DNA of 64,000 nucleotides from Elsinoe ampelina (Eukaryota): NCBI GenBank assembly GCA_010093995.1, contig ML992515.1, positions 115,533 to 179,532 of the forward strand, read 5' to 3'. Shown piece by piece: positions 60,533 to 64,000 of this stretch (position 1 is its first letter; each line of letters starts with the position of its first letter). The notes under the pieces were generated by a model. It saw only the letters and a program-made list of their open reading frames with translations, ran no database searches and was not told where the DNA came from. The position numbers and the translations under genes were made by a program.

Positions 60533-63427
60533 TCACTTCGGTATTTGGTTGGGGCCCTTGCCAGCCGCCATCGAAATTGACAGCGTGGTTCTCGGAAGTA
60601 CCGATGCACTGACTGATGCCGAGGACAGATCGGCTGGCGGTGAGAAAGCAGGTGAAATGACACGGCTAACCTGCTCCGGTGGTGTCGCCTCCCAATGGGA
60701 AAGTTGCTGCGATTGCTGGTGCAGTATCTTGACCGCCGCCTGTGACGGGCTGTGACTCCCAGATCCTGCCTGCTGAGACGAAGAGGAATCTGCCGGCATT
60801 TGATCCCAGTGGGACCCTTGAGGCAGGGTTGAGGCAAGCCAAGGAAGGGGTTTAGTCCACCACGACCTCTGCGTGTGTTCGCTATCATTCGTTGTACGAT
60901 CCTTCCAGAGCAAAGGCTGGTGTGTATTTTCGTCAGCTGGTTGCGGTGAAGGGGCCCAATACTGCTGTTGCATTTGTCGAAGTGGTGCTTCAGGTATGAT
61001 GCGATGGAGCGCCACAGCATCCAGTGCTACGGTCTTCTCGAAGTCTTGGTCTTCGTCAGTGCTGATGCTCGATCCGATGTCCGGATTGGTCACCATGCCG
61101 CTCTTGCGAGCATGTATTTGTGCTGCTTGGAAGTACTTTTGGCATTCGACAAGTTTACCCTGGTCGGCGAGAACGAAACCCAGCTCGTTCAGGATGAAGT
61201 GCATAGCCCTTGGATACAGACCACGCATTCCATGTGCGGTCATCAACGCCTCTTGTAGAACCGTCTCAGCTTCCTCGTATCTGGCTTGCTTGCGGTACAC
61301 CAGGCCGATGTAAGCTTCAACCATGATGGTTTTGAAATTACGCTTGCCGTATGTTTCCAAAAATTCCTCATGTTCCCGCTTGTAGATCCTCTCAGCATCG
61401 TCAAGGTAGCCTTGAGCTCTGTATAGCTTGCCTAGATTGTGTAGTGTTCCGATTGTGCGAGGATCCTTTGGCCCAAGCGTCTCCTGTTTGACTTGCAGCA
61501 CTTTCGTGAAGATCTCTTCAGCCTGCTTGAAGTCCCCATCCATCTGCAATAGATTCGCCAAATTGTTCAGAGCGCCCAAAGTGTAGAGGTGCTTCTTGCC
61601 GTACTCCTCCCGATAAGTGTCCACGGTGTGTTGGAGCAGAGCTCGAGCCAAGTCGACCCTACCAGACTCAGCATAGGCCCAACCAAGGGCTTGCAAGGTG
61701 TGCAATGTGCTCCGGTTGTGTTGTCCGAACCTGTCCTCGAACCGCCTGCGAAGTGCCTCGAGGATTCCAGCCGCTCGGGCTGGTTGGTCCTGTTCGATCA
61801 ACACTGTCGCTAGACTTCTGAAAGCATTCAGCGCTCGCTTGTCCTCCTGCTCGTTCACCGCGAATGACTTGATTGCTTGCTCATACATCACTGCCGCTTC
61901 AGCGAAGTGACTGTTCCTCTGCTGCAGCTGACCAAGCTTGAACATTATGCGAGGATCGATCCCAGTGCCCATACCTTGAGCAACGTCCCAGATACGATTT
62001 GCATGTGGTATGATGCGCCGATCACGTATCCAGAAGTACGACGCAGTCTCATGGCAAATTTGGTCCGATACAAGTTGCAGTGCTACCCGTGTGGATAAGG
62101 GACCGAGGTCTCGCACGAGGATTGCCTTGATCCATGCGTGCACACAAGAATGTACGCTGTAGCCTTTCGACGCTCCAGCGAGTGGCTCTGTGCTTGAGGT
62201 CTCAGCAAGACCACGCTCGCATAGTATGTGCATGACCTGATTGAAAGTGAGCTTGTCTTTAGTAGCAAGCCCCAGCCACGGGAGGTCGTTCGGTGCAGCT
62301 GGCTTCAGTAGCTCGTACCAGATATCGTCGTTCTCGAGTAGCCCCCAAAAGGCCAGAATATCTACACAGGCTGGATTCTCCGATCGTAGCTGCTGGAGTG
62401 TAATGTCGCAAGTGCCGCCTACAGTCTTCTCTTCGGTAGTCAGGAGGTCGCTAGTCACCGCATCCAGCCTTTCCCACGAGCTCCGGTAGAATTGCCGGTA
62501 CTCAGCAAACGTGACAGCCTCTTGCGTCAAGTAGGTTCCTGCTGTAGCCAGAGCCAGGGGTAGACCATCTAGATCCTCCACCAGAAGCCTCGCATCTGCG
62601 TCATACATCACCTCCCGGTCCCGCCCGGACGCATGCATCAACAGCTCCAACCCTTCTCTTGCGTCTGCCAACCTCCCGAGATCTATCCGTGAATGTCCAA
62701 GAAGAGTCTTACTCCTCGTCGTAACCAGAATCTTCCCCTGCACACCCCCAGGAAGCAGCGCCCCAAGATCCACCCCATCTTTACCACCCGCCTTCACTCG
62801 ATCCAAATTATCAACAATCATCAACCACCCCTCATTTCCCTTCCTACTCAACCAACCTTTCACACCTTCCACCGCATCCACCTCCGGGCCCAGCTGCAAG
62901 TCCCGATATACCCTCGCCACCCGCGACCGAATCACAGCATAGCTTCTCGCGACCGCCGCATCGTCTCTTGCATCTACCCATAGTACAGCAGAGTACTCTT
63001 CATGATAGCGTCGCGCATACTCGCTCGCCAACTGAGTCTTACCTATTCCCCCCAGCCCACGGACGACGACCTGCACCCGACCAGGCTTTTGAAACGCATC
63101 GTGGATGCGAGCGAGCTCGTTCCCGCGGCCGACGAAGCGGGAACGGGGGAAGGCATGGGGAAGCTCGAAAGGGAGCTCGAAGCTGGTGGGGGTTTGAGAT
63201 GCGAGGTACGCTGCATTGGCGTCGCCATACGAGGCATAGCTGGTTGGCGGGGCGCCGTAGAAGCTGGAGATCAGCCGTGGTCATTGGCGTGTAGATCAGA
63301 CGTACTTGTTGACAAAGTTCAAGGGGCCATTGTTGGTCTGATTGGTGGCGAGATTGGAGATGTGGCCGTGGTTATCAGTGCGGTGCGTGGTCCCGGCGGG
63401 CGGCGGTGGTGGAGTGGAGGAGGCCAT
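60533..63427 (-). CDS. Fungal NLR: short N-terminal motif + NB-ARC + TPR repeats (950 aa, 2 exons)
   Basis: Exon 1 is 63427-63306, followed by a GT..AG intron at 63305-63264. Exon 2 has FVGRGNEL, Walker A GLGGIGKT, Walker B WLMIVDNLD, ILVTTR and GLPLALATAG, then kinesin-light-chain-like TPRs (LGALNNLANL, TIGTLHNLGKLY). Confidence 0.9.
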
Positions 63428-63474
63428 GCGTCTCAAAAGACAGCATGATTGTTAGTGGTCCGATCGCGTAGTTT

Positions 63475-63506
63475 TTACATCGTCAGAGCCGTTACATCGT
63501 CAGAGC
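63475..63506 (+). repeat. 15-bp direct repeat TTACATCGTCAGAGC x2 upstream of the NLR
   Basis: Perfect copies at 63475-63489 and 63492-63506. Confidence 0.85.
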
Positions 63507-64000
63507 GGTATGAGCAGTATTGAAGACGCCTAGAATGGATAGATTTACAAGCCATCAAGCGTAGTAAGGAGTGTATTTAACATCTCAGCTCAGCGCTGAG
63601 GAGGGGGTGAGGCGTCCAATGATCGGCCTCAGCACAATTGGTTGGCACTCGTCGTCGCCATTGGAATACCGCCAATGCTGACAAAGTGGAATAACTATCA
63701 GATGTGCACGACAACATCCATTGCCGCCGATCTCGTATTGTCCTCTCAGAGATGGGAACACTCAGCCTTCAAATGGTCATCAGGCGATTAGGTGTCAGCT
63801 AGTGTCGCTTGCACTTGAGCAGACCGGACACGTGTGTGTATCTCCCAAGTGTTAGGTCAGTTCCGTGGTATTCGACGCTCAGGGGCGAGACAATTGCATT
63901 TTCATTAGTGTCGGACAGATAAATTTGAGTCGACTGCACTTCAATAAATCCCAAGCTTGATCCTCAGTAAACCGACCTGCGACTACCCAAATCAATCCCT

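Noticed and set aside
61150..61950. NLR TPRs as a hypervariable high-identity repeat array
   Set aside because: The repeats are divergent at DNA and protein level, with no near-identical tandem units.
1..64000. Transposons, RIP-degraded repeats, tRNA/rRNA, CRISPR
   Set aside because: No transposase/RT motifs, terminal repeats, AT-rich blocks or structured RNA genes recognised by eye; a covariance-model scan was not possible.

Overview
This is eukaryotic, intron-containing, gene-dense DNA from a filamentous ascomycete (Pezizomycotina; Dothideomycete-like is an inference). About 24 protein-coding genes can be supported. The left and middle parts are mostly conserved genes: Ufe1-like syntaxin (partial), an MFS transporter, RAD55, an ECM11-domain protein, an F-box protein, creA, a WW protein, ROT1, MTHFS, SmE, MTR10, YPK9, RPL33, G6PD, a SUT1-like transporter and aspartokinase. 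The right end looks accessory: an AA9 LPMO, a four-gene oxidoreductase/lactamase/transporter block and an NB-ARC-TPR NLR. There are three highlights. (1) The NLR has a first exon missing from the ORF track that encodes a short N/Q/G/H-rich candidate amyloid signalling motif. (2) An orphan secreted protein combines a poly-His tract, a hydrophobic hairpin, an embedded six-Cys module with PAF/AFP antifungal-protein-like spacing and a cationic tail. (3) The AA9 LPMO needs a GC-AG intron, has Gln in place of the conserved second-sphere His and carries a non-CBM C-terminal module. I recognised no transposon, rRNA, tRNA or CRISPR array. Family assignments come from motif recognition, not database searches, and exon boundaries were derived by hand.
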